Assembly (NCBI GenBank): GCA_963973375.1
Contig: CAXAZV010000001.1
Location: 1-42,088 of the forward strand
Length of the DNA stretch: 42,088 nt
From: an uncultured Antarcticibacterium sp.
GTDB taxonomy: Bacteria; Bacteroidota; Bacteroidia; Flavobacteriales; Flavobacteriaceae
Reading direction: 5' to 3'
In this document: one piece after another, positions 9,167-18,996 of the stretch
How positions within the stretch are numbered: position 1 is the stretch's first letter
How the letters are laid out: each line of letters starts with the position of its first letter
Notes under the pieces: generated by a model
Database searches by the model: none
The model's input: only the letters and a program-made list of their open reading frames with translations
What the model was told of the DNA's origin: nothing
Position numbers and translations under genes: made by a program

Positions 9167-10135
9167 ATGCGTGAGGCTGCTTTCGTGAAGCAAAATAAGA
9201 ATAAATGGACACAATTCGAACAGCTTCTTAACAATAAAAGATCTATTGCTCCCGCTATCATAACTTCAATGTATCTTGAAGTAACAGACGACCTTAGCTA
9301 TGCCAAAACATTTTATCCCGGCAGCAATACAACCACTTATCTTAATAGTCTGGCATCTACAGCCCATCAAAAGATCTACACCAATAAGAAAGAGCCGGGA
9401 AATGTATTCTGGAAATTCTACGCTTTTGAATTTCCGTTTATGTTCATCCGTTTCCAAAAACAACTCCTGTTAAGTTTTATTATTTTTTCGCTTTTTATTG
9501 CCGTAGGTGTATTTTCAGCCGCCAGTGAAGGAGCTTTTGTAAGAGCTATCCTGGGAGATGCCTATATAAATATGACCCTTGAAAATATTGCCAATCAAGA
9601 CCCTATGGCGGTATATAAACAAATGGGCGAGCTAGACATGTTTCTGGGAATTACAGTAAATAATATTAGAGTTGCATTAATGGCTTTCACACTGGGTATT
9701 CTCGCGGGTATTGGTACGGTGTATGTCCTTATGCAAAATGCAATTATGCTGGGGGCATTTCAGTATTTTTTCTATGAGAATGGAATGTTATGGGAATCTG
9801 CAAGAACTATCTGGATTCACGGCACCATTGAGATATCTGTGATCATTATTGCAGGATGTGCAGGGCTTGTGGTAGGAAAAAGTATATTGTTCCCGCAAAC
9901 CTATACGCGTTTGGCTTCTTTTATAAAAGGAATAAAAAATGGCCTAAAAATAGTTTTAAGTACTATTCCATTCTTTATAATTGCCGGGTTCCTGGAAGGT
10001 TTTGTAACACGACAAACCCAAATGCCGGACTGGCTGGCGATAACCATTATTGGAATCTCCCTTTTAAGTATTTTATTTTACTATGTATTTTATCCAATCT
10101 ACCTCAATAAGAAATTAATTACCAATGGAAAATAA
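9167..10135 (+). CDS. Stage II sporulation protein M (SpoIIM/DUF95) family membrane protein
   Basis: MREAAFVKQN start, DLSYAKTFYP, NNIRVA, IHGTIE, AGFLEGFVT. Confidence 0.85.
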   Translation: MREAAFVKQNKNKWTQFEQLLNNKRSIAPAIITSMYLEVTDDLSYAKTFYPGSNTTTYLNSLASTAHQKIYTNKKEPGNVFWKFYAFEFPFMFIRFQKQLLLSFIIFSLFIAVGVFSAASEGAFVRAILGDAYINMTLENIANQDPMAVYKQMGELDMFLGITVNNIRVALMAFTLGILAGIGTVYVLMQNAIMLGAFQYFFYENGMLWESARTIWIHGTIEISVIIIAGCAGLVVGKSILFPQTYTRLASFIKGIKNGLKIVLSTIPFFIIAGFLEGFVTRQTQMPDWLAITIIGISLLSILFYYVFYPIYLNKKLITNGK

Positions 10136-10979
10136 CCTGTTTATTGAATTTAAAAAACAACGCGAATTAGGAGATATTATAAATATCACCTTTAAATTTA
10201 TTCGGGAGAATTATAAGCCCCTGTTTCAATTGGTCTACAAAATAGTAGGGCCCTTTTTCATTTTGCTTATTCTTGCTGTTGCATATTATACCTATTCTGT
10301 TGCAGGAAATCCTATAGAAGCGCTCACCTCTGGCGGTAGTAATTTTGTAATATCCATTCTTCTTATGTTAGCCGCAATGTTATTGTTCTATGCAGCACTT
10401 TATGGAACTATTCTACACTATATTAAAGATTATATTTCAAATAGCGGGCAGGTGAATGAAGCTGATGTTAAAACAGGGGTTCAAAAGGATTTCTTTAATT
10501 TAATACTGCTTTCCATCATCTCTGCCATTCTAATTATAGCCGGAATCATGCTGTTCATTTTACCCGGGATCTATCTTATGGTGCCATTGGCACTGGCAGG
10601 AACTATACTAGTCTTCAAGAACTACAGTGTTACAGAGGCAATCTCATATAGTTTTACCCTTATAAAAGACAACTGGTGGATCACCTTTGTAAGCCTCTTA
10701 GTGATCTGGATCCTGGTCTATTTTATAGGTTTGGTGTTCCAGATACCCCTAATAATTTATACTGTTATTAAAACACTTACTATGGCTCAGGAAGGCTCAA
10801 TGGCAGATCCCGCCTCGTATTCAGACTGGATATTTATTACCCTGAATGTCCTTTCAACTGTGATCCAATATTTACTTTCAATTATAAGCATTATAGGCCT
10901 GGCTTTTATTTATTTTAATTTAAATGAACATAAGAACCTTACGGGAACTTATGAGAGTATAGACAAATTGGGCGAATAG
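10125..10979 (+). CDS. Multi-pass membrane protein of unknown function
   Basis: About six hydrophobic segments; overlaps the previous gene by 11 bp. Confidence 0.75.
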   Translation: MENNLFIEFKKQRELGDIINITFKFIRENYKPLFQLVYKIVGPFFILLILAVAYYTYSVAGNPIEALTSGGSNFVISILLMLAAMLLFYAALYGTILHYIKDYISNSGQVNEADVKTGVQKDFFNLILLSIISAILIIAGIMLFILPGIYLMVPLALAGTILVFKNYSVTEAISYSFTLIKDNWWITFVSLLVIWILVYFIGLVFQIPLIIYTVIKTLTMAQEGSMADPASYSDWIFITLNVLSTVIQYLLSIISIIGLAFIYFNLNEHKNLTGTYESIDKLGE

Positions 10980-10983
10980 TTAT

Positions 10984-11748
10984 ATGAGCAAATTCCTGTT
11001 ATACCTCTTAATTGTATTATGCACCGTTGTTTCATACGGAGCGCAGGATTCGCTGCCCGGCCCAAAGCGGGAAGTAAAATTTGATACTTCCACACCCATT
11101 ACACCTATAGATTTTGATGAAGAAAAGATAGCGCAATATAAAAGTGAAAAAGCTTTTAATTATTTAACCGAAATTGGGATAGACAGTTGGTGGACCAAAT
11201 TTAAAAGATGGTTGGAACTAAAGTATGGGCAATTAATAGAATGGTTATTTGGTGACTACGAAGCAAATTCATGGGTAGCTTTCTTCCTTATGCTACTACC
11301 GTATATTATAATTGGAGTTGTCATTGGACTCATTATATGGCTCTTCATAAGGTTCAACCCCGGGCCATCGTTGCTGGGGGAGCCTGAAACTTCTGCGGTT
11401 TATTTTACTGAAGATGAGAAGTTGGTCCAATCGGCTGATCTTTCCTCTCTTATAGAAGCAGCTATAGCAGCCGGAGATTACAGGCTGGCGGTACGGTATT
11501 ACTATCTCAAACTACTTAAGCTGCTGCACCACAAAAAATTGATCAATTATGAATTTCAGAAAACAGATACTGAATATCTGGCAGAACTAAAAAACGAAGC
11601 CTTCCGCACTCCTCTAAAGAGGATTATGAGAATTTACGATTTTATATGGTACGGGAATTTTCCTGTTTCTGAAAAAGAATTTGCAATGGCGCAGGATTAC
11701 TTCCGAAGCATAGAATCTTCACTAAACAGGGCAGCAGATGAAAAATAG
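10984..11748 (+). CDS. DUF4129 domain protein
   Basis: Signal peptide plus TM helix; GDYRLAVRYYYL, KTDTEY, YDFIWYG. Confidence 0.75.
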   Translation: MSKFLLYLLIVLCTVVSYGAQDSLPGPKREVKFDTSTPITPIDFDEEKIAQYKSEKAFNYLTEIGIDSWWTKFKRWLELKYGQLIEWLFGDYEANSWVAFFLMLLPYIIIGVVIGLIIWLFIRFNPGPSLLGEPETSAVYFTEDEKLVQSADLSSLIEAAIAAGDYRLAVRYYYLKLLKLLHHKKLINYEFQKTDTEYLAELKNEAFRTPLKRIMRIYDFIWYGNFPVSEKEFAMAQDYFRSIESSLNRAADEK

Positions 11749-12937
11749 TGTAAAGATAGCCTTGGGAGCAATGCTGTTACTGGTTTTGTTATTAACATAC
11801 CTGGAAGCTTCAGAACCCGAACCGGTGAACTGGAATAACAGTTATCTTGAAACAGATAAGATCCCGTTGGGAACCTATGTTTTTTATGAATCCTGGAAAA
11901 ATGCCGCTCAAGGCGATATTCAGAATATAGACATTCCTCCATTTGAATTTCTTCCTGGGGCCAAGCCAGGCACCTATTTTTTCCTTAATAACTACCTGAG
12001 TTTTGATGATGCAGAAATTAAAAAATTATTAACCTGGGTTGAGGAGGGAAATACCGCTTTTCTCTCTGCAGAGAATTTTAGCGAAAACTTGCTGGATACG
12101 TTGGGTTTAAAAACTGCCACCCGCATTCCGGGGAGAGATCTCAGCTCCCGCCCCCGCTTCAACCTGGTACATCCTGAATTAAGGCAGACCGAAAATTATT
12201 TATATGAGCAGGAAATACCACTCATTTATTTCAGCAGGATTGATACCTTGTCCCATACCATTCTGGGAGTGGCCAACATTAAAGATTTTACAAACCCCAC
12301 CAACGCTTTACCTAATTTCTTAAAGACCACTCACGGAAAAGGAACCCTATACATGCATTCAATGCCGCAGGCTTTCAGCAATTATTTTATGCTTTCAAAA
12401 GCAGGTTATAAATATTCCCGGGATGTCCTTGCCTATCTGGAACCAAATTCTCTCATTTATTGGGACCGGTACTATAAAACAGGTAAAACCTTTTATACCT
12501 CCCCCCTGTTTGTTATAATGCGAAACAAAACCTTGAAATGGGCCTACTATTTCGCCCTGTTCGGTGTCATGCTGTTTATAATATTTGAGGGGAAAAGGAA
12601 GCAAAGGGCAGTTCCCGAAATTGAGCCGCTAAAAAATCAAACCTATGAATATTCCAGAACCATTGCCAATCTCTACCTGGAGCAGGATCATTATAAAGAA
12701 CTTGCACTTAAGAATATTGATCATTTTTATGACCACATTAGAAAAACCTACAGGATAGATACTACCCGTTCTCACGGGGATTTTTACCAGGAATTGGCCA
12801 ACAAAAGCAATAATACAATAGAAGACACAAAGACACTCTTTGAAATGTTTCAAAACATTTCAAACAAAACTGTAATTTCAAAAAATGATTTAATGGCGCT
12901 CAGCAACGCTATCAACTCCTATAACAAAACAACATAA
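11738..12937 (+). CDS. DUF4350 domain protein
   Basis: DKIPLGTYV, LLTWVEEGNTAFLSA, C-terminal TM then KRKQRAVP; operon context. Confidence 0.75.
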   Translation: MKNSVKIALGAMLLLVLLLTYLEASEPEPVNWNNSYLETDKIPLGTYVFYESWKNAAQGDIQNIDIPPFEFLPGAKPGTYFFLNNYLSFDDAEIKKLLTWVEEGNTAFLSAENFSENLLDTLGLKTATRIPGRDLSSRPRFNLVHPELRQTENYLYEQEIPLIYFSRIDTLSHTILGVANIKDFTNPTNALPNFLKTTHGKGTLYMHSMPQAFSNYFMLSKAGYKYSRDVLAYLEPNSLIYWDRYYKTGKTFYTSPLFVIMRNKTLKWAYYFALFGVMLFIIFEGKRKQRAVPEIEPLKNQTYEYSRTIANLYLEQDHYKELALKNIDHFYDHIRKTYRIDTTRSHGDFYQELANKSNNTIEDTKTLFEMFQNISNKTVISKNDLMALSNAINSYNKTT

Positions 12938-13935
12938 TGGAAAACGAAACTCCGCATAACCCTGAAATTAATTTTAATACCCGAATCCCGCTTGAAGAGC
13001 TACAGCAGGCGGTGGAAAGTTTAAAAGAACAATTAGGAAAGGTTATTATAGGGCAGGACAATTTTATTGAATTTTTAATCGCCGGGTTGCTGGCAAACGG
13101 CCATGTTTTAATTGAGGGAGTTCCGGGGGTTGCCAAAACAATCACCGCCAAGCTTTTTGCAAAAACGCTGGACACAGGTTTTAGCCGAATCCAGTTCACC
13201 CCAGATCTTATGCCGGGTGATGTGCTGGGAACTTCGGTTTTTAACTCGAAAATATCAGATTTTGAATTTAAGGCGGGCCCAATTTTTTCAAATATTATCC
13301 TTATTGACGAGATCAACCGGGCCCCTGCGAAAACACAGGCTGCCCTGTTTGAGGTGATGGAAGAAAGACAAATCACCATAGACGGGATAAAATACCCAAT
13401 GAAACCACCTTTTATGGTGCTTGCGACCCAAAATCCTATTGAACAGGAAGGCACTTATGAATTACCGGAAGCCCAGCTTGACAGGTTTTTATTCAAGATA
13501 AAGGTAAATTATCCCACTCCTGAAGAGGAAGTGCGAATTCTGCAATCACACCACGATAGAAAAAGCAGCCTACCTGAGGACAATATTCACCCGGTACTTA
13601 GTCCGGAAAAACTAATATCCCTGCAGCATCAAATAAGAGAAGTACTGGTTGAAGAAAAACTTCTCACCTATATTGCTCAACTTGTAATTAAGACGCGGAA
13701 TCATCCTCATTTATACCTGGGAGCTTCCCCACGTGCTACGATAGCGGTGATGAATGCTTCCAAGGCAATGGCAGCTATCCAAGGCAGGGATTTTGTTATT
13801 CCTGAAGATATTAAAAAGGTGCTGGTACCGGTGCTTGCGCACCGCGTGATCCTGGCGCCTGAAAAAGAAATGGAAGGCCTTACCCGGGAGAATGTAATTG
13901 AGGTTATTTCCAACACAATTGAAATTCCGCGGTAA
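12937..13935 (+). CDS. MoxR-family AAA+ ATPase
   Basis: Walker A GVPGVAKT, RIQFTPDLMPGD, Walker B IDEINRAPAKTQ, ATQNPIEQEGTY, AQLDRF. Confidence 0.95.
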   Translation: MENETPHNPEINFNTRIPLEELQQAVESLKEQLGKVIIGQDNFIEFLIAGLLANGHVLIEGVPGVAKTITAKLFAKTLDTGFSRIQFTPDLMPGDVLGTSVFNSKISDFEFKAGPIFSNIILIDEINRAPAKTQAALFEVMEERQITIDGIKYPMKPPFMVLATQNPIEQEGTYELPEAQLDRFLFKIKVNYPTPEEEVRILQSHHDRKSSLPEDNIHPVLSPEKLISLQHQIREVLVEEKLLTYIAQLVIKTRNHPHLYLGASPRATIAVMNASKAMAAIQGRDFVIPEDIKKVLVPVLAHRVILAPEKEMEGLTRENVIEVISNTIEIPR

Positions 13936-13938
13936 TTC

Positions 13939-15267
13939 ATGACAGGGATAAGATCGGTCTATTTTCATCAACGGGTTTTTGTGGCAATTTTTTCACTTGC
14001 CATGATCTTTCTGTTTTCCTATTGGCTTCCGGTACTATATATTCCCGCGTGGTTACTGGCAATTTTTCTGCTTATTCTTATTGGAGTAGATCTTGTAACC
14101 CTTTTTAGTAAAAAGGGAATAACAGCCAATAGAAATGTACCTGATAAACTTTCAAATTCAGATCAAAATCCTATTACTATTGATGTTAGAAATGATTTTA
14201 ATTTCAAAACCGGAATAGAAATAATAGATGAACTCCCTGTGCAATTTCAGAAAAGGGATTTTTTACAGAATATGCTTGTTCTCCCTGGTCAAAAAGAACA
14301 ATTTGAATATAGCCTGAGGCCTGTACAGCGAGGGGAATACCGGTTTGGTAAACTCAATATTTTTGTAAGTTCTCCTTTACGCCTGGTAAAAAAAAGGCTT
14401 GTGTTTGACCAGGATCAAAGTGTCAAGGTGTACCCGTCATTTATCCAGATGCGACAGTATGATTTTATGGCAATTGATAACCGACTTAAACAACCGGGAC
14501 TAAAAAGGATAAGAAGGTTAGGCCACACACAGGAATTTGAACAAATAAAGGAATATGTGGCGGGAGATGATGTGCGCAGTATCAACTGGAAGGCAACCGC
14601 AAAACAATCTGGTTTAATGGTAAACCAGTACCAGGATGAAAAAGCACAGCCCATATATTTATTAATTGATAAAGGCAGGGTAATGAAGATGCCTTTTGAA
14701 GGCCTTAGCTTACTGGATTATTCCATTAACACCACTCTGGCTTTTGCCAATGTAGCTTTACAGAAAAAAGATAAGGTAGGTTTCCTATCCTTTTCAAATG
14801 AAACGGGAAATCTCCTGCCGGCTATTTCCAAAAAGACCCACCTTAATACCATTCTTGAAAGCCTTTATAACATTAAAACAGATTTTCTTGATTCAGATTT
14901 TGGATTGCTTTATACATGGGTAAAACGTCGCATCAACCACCGCAGCCTTTTGCTGCTTTTTACCAATTTTGAGCATATGAATGCCCTGGATAGAAATTTA
15001 CCTTATTTAAAGGCAATTGCTAAGCAGCATGTTTTGGTAGTAATATTCTTTGAAAATTCTGAACTTGAAAAGGTGATCCGGCAGCCGGCAACAACAATTC
15101 CACAAATTGCACACCAAACCATTGCAAAGGATATTTCCTATGAAAAAAGATTGATGGCAAAGAAACTTCAGCAAAATGGGATACAAACCATTCTTTCCAA
15201 ACCCGCAAACCTCACAGTTAACACTATAAATAAATACCTCGAGATCAAAGCACGCGGCTTACTTTAA
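13939..15267 (+). CDS. DUF58 / VWA-like MoxR partner
   Basis: EFEQIKEYVAGDDVRSINWKATAK, LLIDKGRVM, DKVG. Confidence 0.9.
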   Translation: MTGIRSVYFHQRVFVAIFSLAMIFLFSYWLPVLYIPAWLLAIFLLILIGVDLVTLFSKKGITANRNVPDKLSNSDQNPITIDVRNDFNFKTGIEIIDELPVQFQKRDFLQNMLVLPGQKEQFEYSLRPVQRGEYRFGKLNIFVSSPLRLVKKRLVFDQDQSVKVYPSFIQMRQYDFMAIDNRLKQPGLKRIRRLGHTQEFEQIKEYVAGDDVRSINWKATAKQSGLMVNQYQDEKAQPIYLLIDKGRVMKMPFEGLSLLDYSINTTLAFANVALQKKDKVGFLSFSNETGNLLPAISKKTHLNTILESLYNIKTDFLDSDFGLLYTWVKRRINHRSLLLLFTNFEHMNALDRNLPYLKAIAKQHVLVVIFFENSELEKVIRQPATTIPQIAHQTIAKDISYEKRLMAKKLQQNGIQTILSKPANLTVNTINKYLEIKARGLL

Positions 15268-15278
15268 ACTGCATTTAA

Positions 15279-15333
15279 CTATAAGCAAATTATAGCTTAT
15301 TTGGTTTTATAATAGAAATAAACAATACCTTTG
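15279..15333 (+). promoter_or_regulatory. oxyR promoter with putative autoregulatory site
   Basis: -7 TACCTTTG at 15326-15333; ATAG-N7-CAAT at 15312-15326; ATAAGC-N8-GCTTAT inverted repeat at 15281-15300. Confidence 0.45.
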
Positions 15334-15355
15334 TAGACGTCCCTTAATTTATTAT

Positions 15356-16300
15356 ATGACTATTACACAATTACAATATGTATTGGCTGTAGCCGAACAT
15401 CAAAATTTTACAAAAGCGGCTCAAAAGGTTTTTGTTACCCAGCCTACGTTGAGTATGCAAATCCAGAAACTGGAAGATGAGTTGGATATCCAGATATTTG
15501 ATCGCAGCAAAAAGCCAATTCAGTTAACCGAAACCGGCAGGAAGATAGTTAACCAGGCCAGGAATATTGTGAATGAAAGTGATAGGATACAGGATATTGT
15601 AGACCAACAAAAAGGTTTTATTGGAGGAGAATTTCGTTTGGGAGTTATTCCCACCATTATGCCCACCCTATTACCAATGTTTCTTACCAACTTCATTAAA
15701 AAATATCCCAAGGTTAAATTAAAGATCGAGGAATTAAATACCGAAGCCATAATTGAGAAATTAAAGGAGGGCCACCTGGATGCAGCAATTGCTGCCACCC
15801 CACTTGAATTACCCGGTATTAAGGAGCAGGTGTTATATTATGAACCCTTTGTAGCTTATATCCCTGATGGGCATCGGCTTGCAAAGAATGACAAACTGGA
15901 AGTAGAAGACCTGAACGTTGATGATATGCTTCTGCTGGAAGATGGCCACTGTTTTAAGGACGGTATCCTTAACCTATGTAAAGCATCAAGAAATTTCGAG
16001 GGAGATAATTTCCAACTGGAAAGCGGTAGTTTTGAAACGCTCATTAAATTATCAAATGAAGGCCTGGGTATGACCTTATTGCCATACCTGCATACCCTGG
16101 ATGTGAAAGAAAGGGATAAATTAAAATTAAAGATGTTTAAAGACCCGGTTCCTGCACGGGAAGTGAGCCTTATTTTCAATAAGAGCGAATTGAAGATCCA
16201 GATAATTGAAGCCCTGCGCAAAACAATTGCCGGGGTGGTTAAAGGAGCGATTGCTTTTCAAAATGTAAAGATTATTAGCCCATTACCCAATAAAAAATAA
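15356..16300 (+). CDS. oxyR: Hydrogen peroxide-inducible LysR activator OxyR
   Basis: LysR HTH (FTKAAQKVFVTQPTLSMQI); LLEDGHCFKDGILNLC contains both redox cysteines. Confidence 0.9.
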   Translation: MTITQLQYVLAVAEHQNFTKAAQKVFVTQPTLSMQIQKLEDELDIQIFDRSKKPIQLTETGRKIVNQARNIVNESDRIQDIVDQQKGFIGGEFRLGVIPTIMPTLLPMFLTNFIKKYPKVKLKIEELNTEAIIEKLKEGHLDAAIAATPLELPGIKEQVLYYEPFVAYIPDGHRLAKNDKLEVEDLNVDDMLLLEDGHCFKDGILNLCKASRNFEGDNFQLESGSFETLIKLSNEGLGMTLLPYLHTLDVKERDKLKLKMFKDPVPAREVSLIFNKSELKIQIIEALRKTIAGVVKGAIAFQNVKIISPLPNKK

Positions 16301-16316
16301 GGTGGGAAGATCCTCT

Positions 16317-16351
16317 AAAAAATAAAAGCGGCCCTGGGGCCGCTTTTTATT
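16317..16351. terminator. Bidirectional Rho-independent terminator
   Basis: AAAGCGGCCC-TG-GGGCCGCTTT flanked by A and T tracts, between convergent genes. Confidence 0.85.
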
Positions 16352-16546
16352 TTAGTTTAGATAAATTAAACATTGATTTAATTCGGGGTTCTGTTTTGTA
16401 AGGGAGACGATCCAGATCTTCAATTCCTCAATTTCGTGAGGCAATAATCTGGTAAGGGCTTTTTTTACTTCTTTACAGAACAATACTGCATCAAAACTAA
16501 CTTTATCAAGTATTGTTTTGGTGTATTCAAACATCGCTCTCGCCAT
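16352..16546 (-). CDS. Small hypothetical protein (64 aa)
   Basis: MARAMFEYTKTILDKVSFDAVLFCKEVKKA; -7 box TATATTTG upstream (16634-16641, minus strand) and terminator downstream. Confidence 0.75.
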   Translation of the reverse strand: MARAMFEYTKTILDKVSFDAVLFCKEVKKALTRLLPHEIEELKIWIVSLTKQNPELNQCLIYLN

Positions 16547-16676
16547 AATTTGAAGATTATTTTAAGGGTTGCTACTAAGTTGAAATATGTAGAATTGTGA
16601 ATAGGCAGTAAAATTAATCTGACTAAATATAAGCAAATATATTAAGAATGTCAATTGCCACTAATCACTTTAACAT

Positions 16677-17477
16677 TTAGAACCTCCTATCTCCGCTTAT
16701 AACATCTCCCAGGCCGCCAAGAATGCTACCTTCGCCTTTATCCTTTCCACCACCCTGAGGTGCCGCTTGCCATACCCGGTTTGCCAACCTGCTGAAAGGC
16801 AAAGATTGCACATAAACAATCCCCGGTCCCGTTAATGTGGCAAAGAACAATCCCTCTCCTCCAAAAAGTGAATTTTTGATACCGCCCACAAATTCTATGT
16901 CGTAATTTATATCTTTTGTAAAACCTATAATACAGCCGGTATCAACATTGAGTTTTTCACCGGGTTGTAATTCCTTTCTGGCCATCGTACCTCCCGCATG
17001 AACAAAAGCCATCCCGTCACCTTCAACCTTTTGCATTATAAATCCCTCCCCGCCAAAAAATCCGCGGCCAAGTTTACGGTTGAATTCAATACCAATAGAA
17101 ACACCTTTTGCTGCACAAAGGAACGCATCCTTCTGGCAAATAAATTTTCCGCCGTATTGAGTAAGGTCAATGGGAATGATCTTCCCCGGATAAGGAGATG
17201 CAAAACTCACTTTCTTTTTACCTTGTACCTCGTTTGAAAAGATGGTCATAAAAAGACTTTCCCCTGTAAGCAGGCGTTTGCCGGCTCCCAGGACTTTCCC
17301 TAAAAATCCTTCATTTTGAGATGACCCATCCCCAAAAATGGTATTCATTTTAATCCCGTTCTCCATCATCATAAAATTTCCTGCTTCAGCAATAACTGCC
17401 TCTTTAGGGTCGAGCTCCAGTTCTACATATTGCATTTCTTCCCCGAAGATCTGGTAATCTATTTCATGTGAATTCAT
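16677..17477 (-). CDS. TIGR00266 / AIM24 family protein
   Basis: LLTGESLF, FFGGEGFIMQK, LFGGEGLF, GPGIVYVQSLP. Confidence 0.9.
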   Translation of the reverse strand: MNSHEIDYQIFGEEMQYVELELDPKEAVIAEAGNFMMMENGIKMNTIFGDGSSQNEGFLGKVLGAGKRLLTGESLFMTIFSNEVQGKKKVSFASPYPGKIIPIDLTQYGGKFICQKDAFLCAAKGVSIGIEFNRKLGRGFFGGEGFIMQKVEGDGMAFVHAGGTMARKELQPGEKLNVDTGCIIGFTKDINYDIEFVGGIKNSLFGGEGLFFATLTGPGIVYVQSLPFSRLANRVWQAAPQGGGKDKGEGSILGGLGDVISGDRRF

Positions 17478-17533
17478 GATCTTATCTATTAAGGTTACTA
17501 TTTATTTGGGAAAATTTCCCGTCTTTTTTCTAT

Positions 17534-17989
17534 TTAGCTTTTAACTTTTATGGTCCATTCAAATTCAAAAGTAGAAACTTCCACTCCATTCTCATCAATT
17601 CCCCGGGACCTCATCCAGAAGGTTTGCCCCTCACCTGTACCCAAAGCTTGTTCTATGGCACCGGAGATCAAATGTCCTTCATTGCAAATAAATTGGATCC
17701 TCCCAGTGGCCTTTTTATTAAAAATGGATTTATTCTGAGCTACCAGCATCGAAATTTTATGACCACTGTTTTGAATATGATTCATTACCAATGCACCCGT
17801 ACTTAATTCGGCGGCCATGGCCTGAACCGCAAAATACATGGAATTAAAAGGGTTTTGATTGATCCATCTATGCCGCACTCCTACCACGCATTTCTCATTG
17901 TCTATACTTATAACTCTTACACCTGTAAGCCACGCGCTGGGCAACTTTATCATTAAATATTTATTGAGTTTTCCCGGTGTTAATTTCAT
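17534..17989 (-). CDS. DUF4442 hotdog-fold thioesterase-like protein
   Basis: NQNPFNSMYFAVQAMAAELSTG and FNKKATG. Confidence 0.8.
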   Translation of the reverse strand: MKLTPGKLNKYLMIKLPSAWLTGVRVISIDNEKCVVGVRHRWINQNPFNSMYFAVQAMAAELSTGALVMNHIQNSGHKISMLVAQNKSIFNKKATGRIQFICNEGHLISGAIEQALGTGEGQTFWMRSRGIDENGVEVSTFEFEWTIKVKS

Positions 17990-18068
17990 TTGATAGTTGA
18001 TTTTTTCTAAAAGTATTTAAAATATGCAACATACCGAAATGTTAAATTTTTCTTAACATTTAAAAATA

Positions 18069-18113
18069 ACAGTACTTTGTTTTGCATAATACTGTCTTTA
18101 AGATATATATTTG
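18069..18113 (+). promoter_or_regulatory. Promoter (-33/-7) of the DUF4870-padR-pspC operon with overlapping inverted repeat (putative PadR operator)
   Basis: TTTG 18081-18084, 21-bp spacer, TATATTTG 18106-18113; ACAGTACTTTG-N5-CATAATACTGT (9/11 symmetric). Confidence 0.6.
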
Positions 18114-18134
18114 TATTATAAATCATCAATCACT

Positions 18135-18655
18135 ATGGAAACTTATAGCTTACAACCGGACAAAACAGTAGCTTCATTAATACATGTTTCGGCATTTTCA
18201 AAATATTTCATTCCCTTCGGCAATTTCATTCTACCATTGATATTATGGACTGCTAAAAAGAATGATCCCTTTGTAGATGAACATGGAAAACAGGCGCTGA
18301 ATTTTCAAATAAGTATTTTTCTCTATTTCGTATTCCTGGTATGTGCCGGAATAGCCGGGGTAGTTTTAATGGGATTTGATATCGCAGCAGCGATCCACAT
18401 TTTTTTACTGAAGAAAATTTTAATCTTAGCCCCATAAATGCATTGCCCATTATTACAATAGTAGGAATTACAGGAATTCTTCTCCTTGCACTCTTTATCC
18501 TGGAGATTGTAGCGGTCATCAACGCTGCGATTAAAGCCAGTGAGGGGAAAACTTATAAATATCCATTAACAATCAATTTCATCACTCCAACTCCGGTTGG
18601 CATTCATCAATCAAAAAATGATCAGTTTAACAACACCCAAAAACAAACGCTATGA
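18135..18655 (+). pseudogene. DUF4870 membrane protein split by a -1 frameshift
   Basis: N-half (IPFGNFILPLILW...HGKQALNFQIS) in one frame; C-half (AAIKASEGKTYKYPLTINF) in the -1 frame. The switch lies between 18380 and 18437, which includes a T7 run. Confidence 0.8.
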
Positions 18656-18996
18656 AGATTGAAAACACCAAGGCACAGATGCGTAAAGGCGTGCTGGAAT
18701 ATTGCATCCTCTCTGTCCTAAGAGATAATGATGCATATGTGGCAGAGATCCTTGACACGCTCAAAGATGCAAAATTACTCGTGGTAGAAGGAACAATTTA
18801 CCCTTTGCTCACAAGATTAAAGAACGCAGGATTACTCCATTATAGATGGGAAGAATCCACCGGCGGACCGCCGAGAAAATATTACGGTTTAACCGATACC
18901 GGAAGAGAATTTTTAAAAGAACTCACTTACACCTGGGAAGAATTACAAACAGCTGTAACCAAAGTAACCATCCAAAAAAATAAGAATCATGAATAA
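18652..18996 (+). CDS. PadR family transcriptional regulator
   Basis: QMRKGVLEYCIL, EGTIYPLLTRL, GPPRKYY. Confidence 0.93.
   Translation: MKIENTKAQMRKGVLEYCILSVLRDNDAYVAEILDTLKDAKLLVVEGTIYPLLTRLKNAGLLHYRWEESTGGPPRKYYGLTDTGREFLKELTYTWEELQTAVTKVTIQKNKNHE

Noticed and set aside
9167-10135. Sporulation function implied by the SpoIIM name
   Set aside because: Family name only; no other sporulation genes and the lineage does not sporulate
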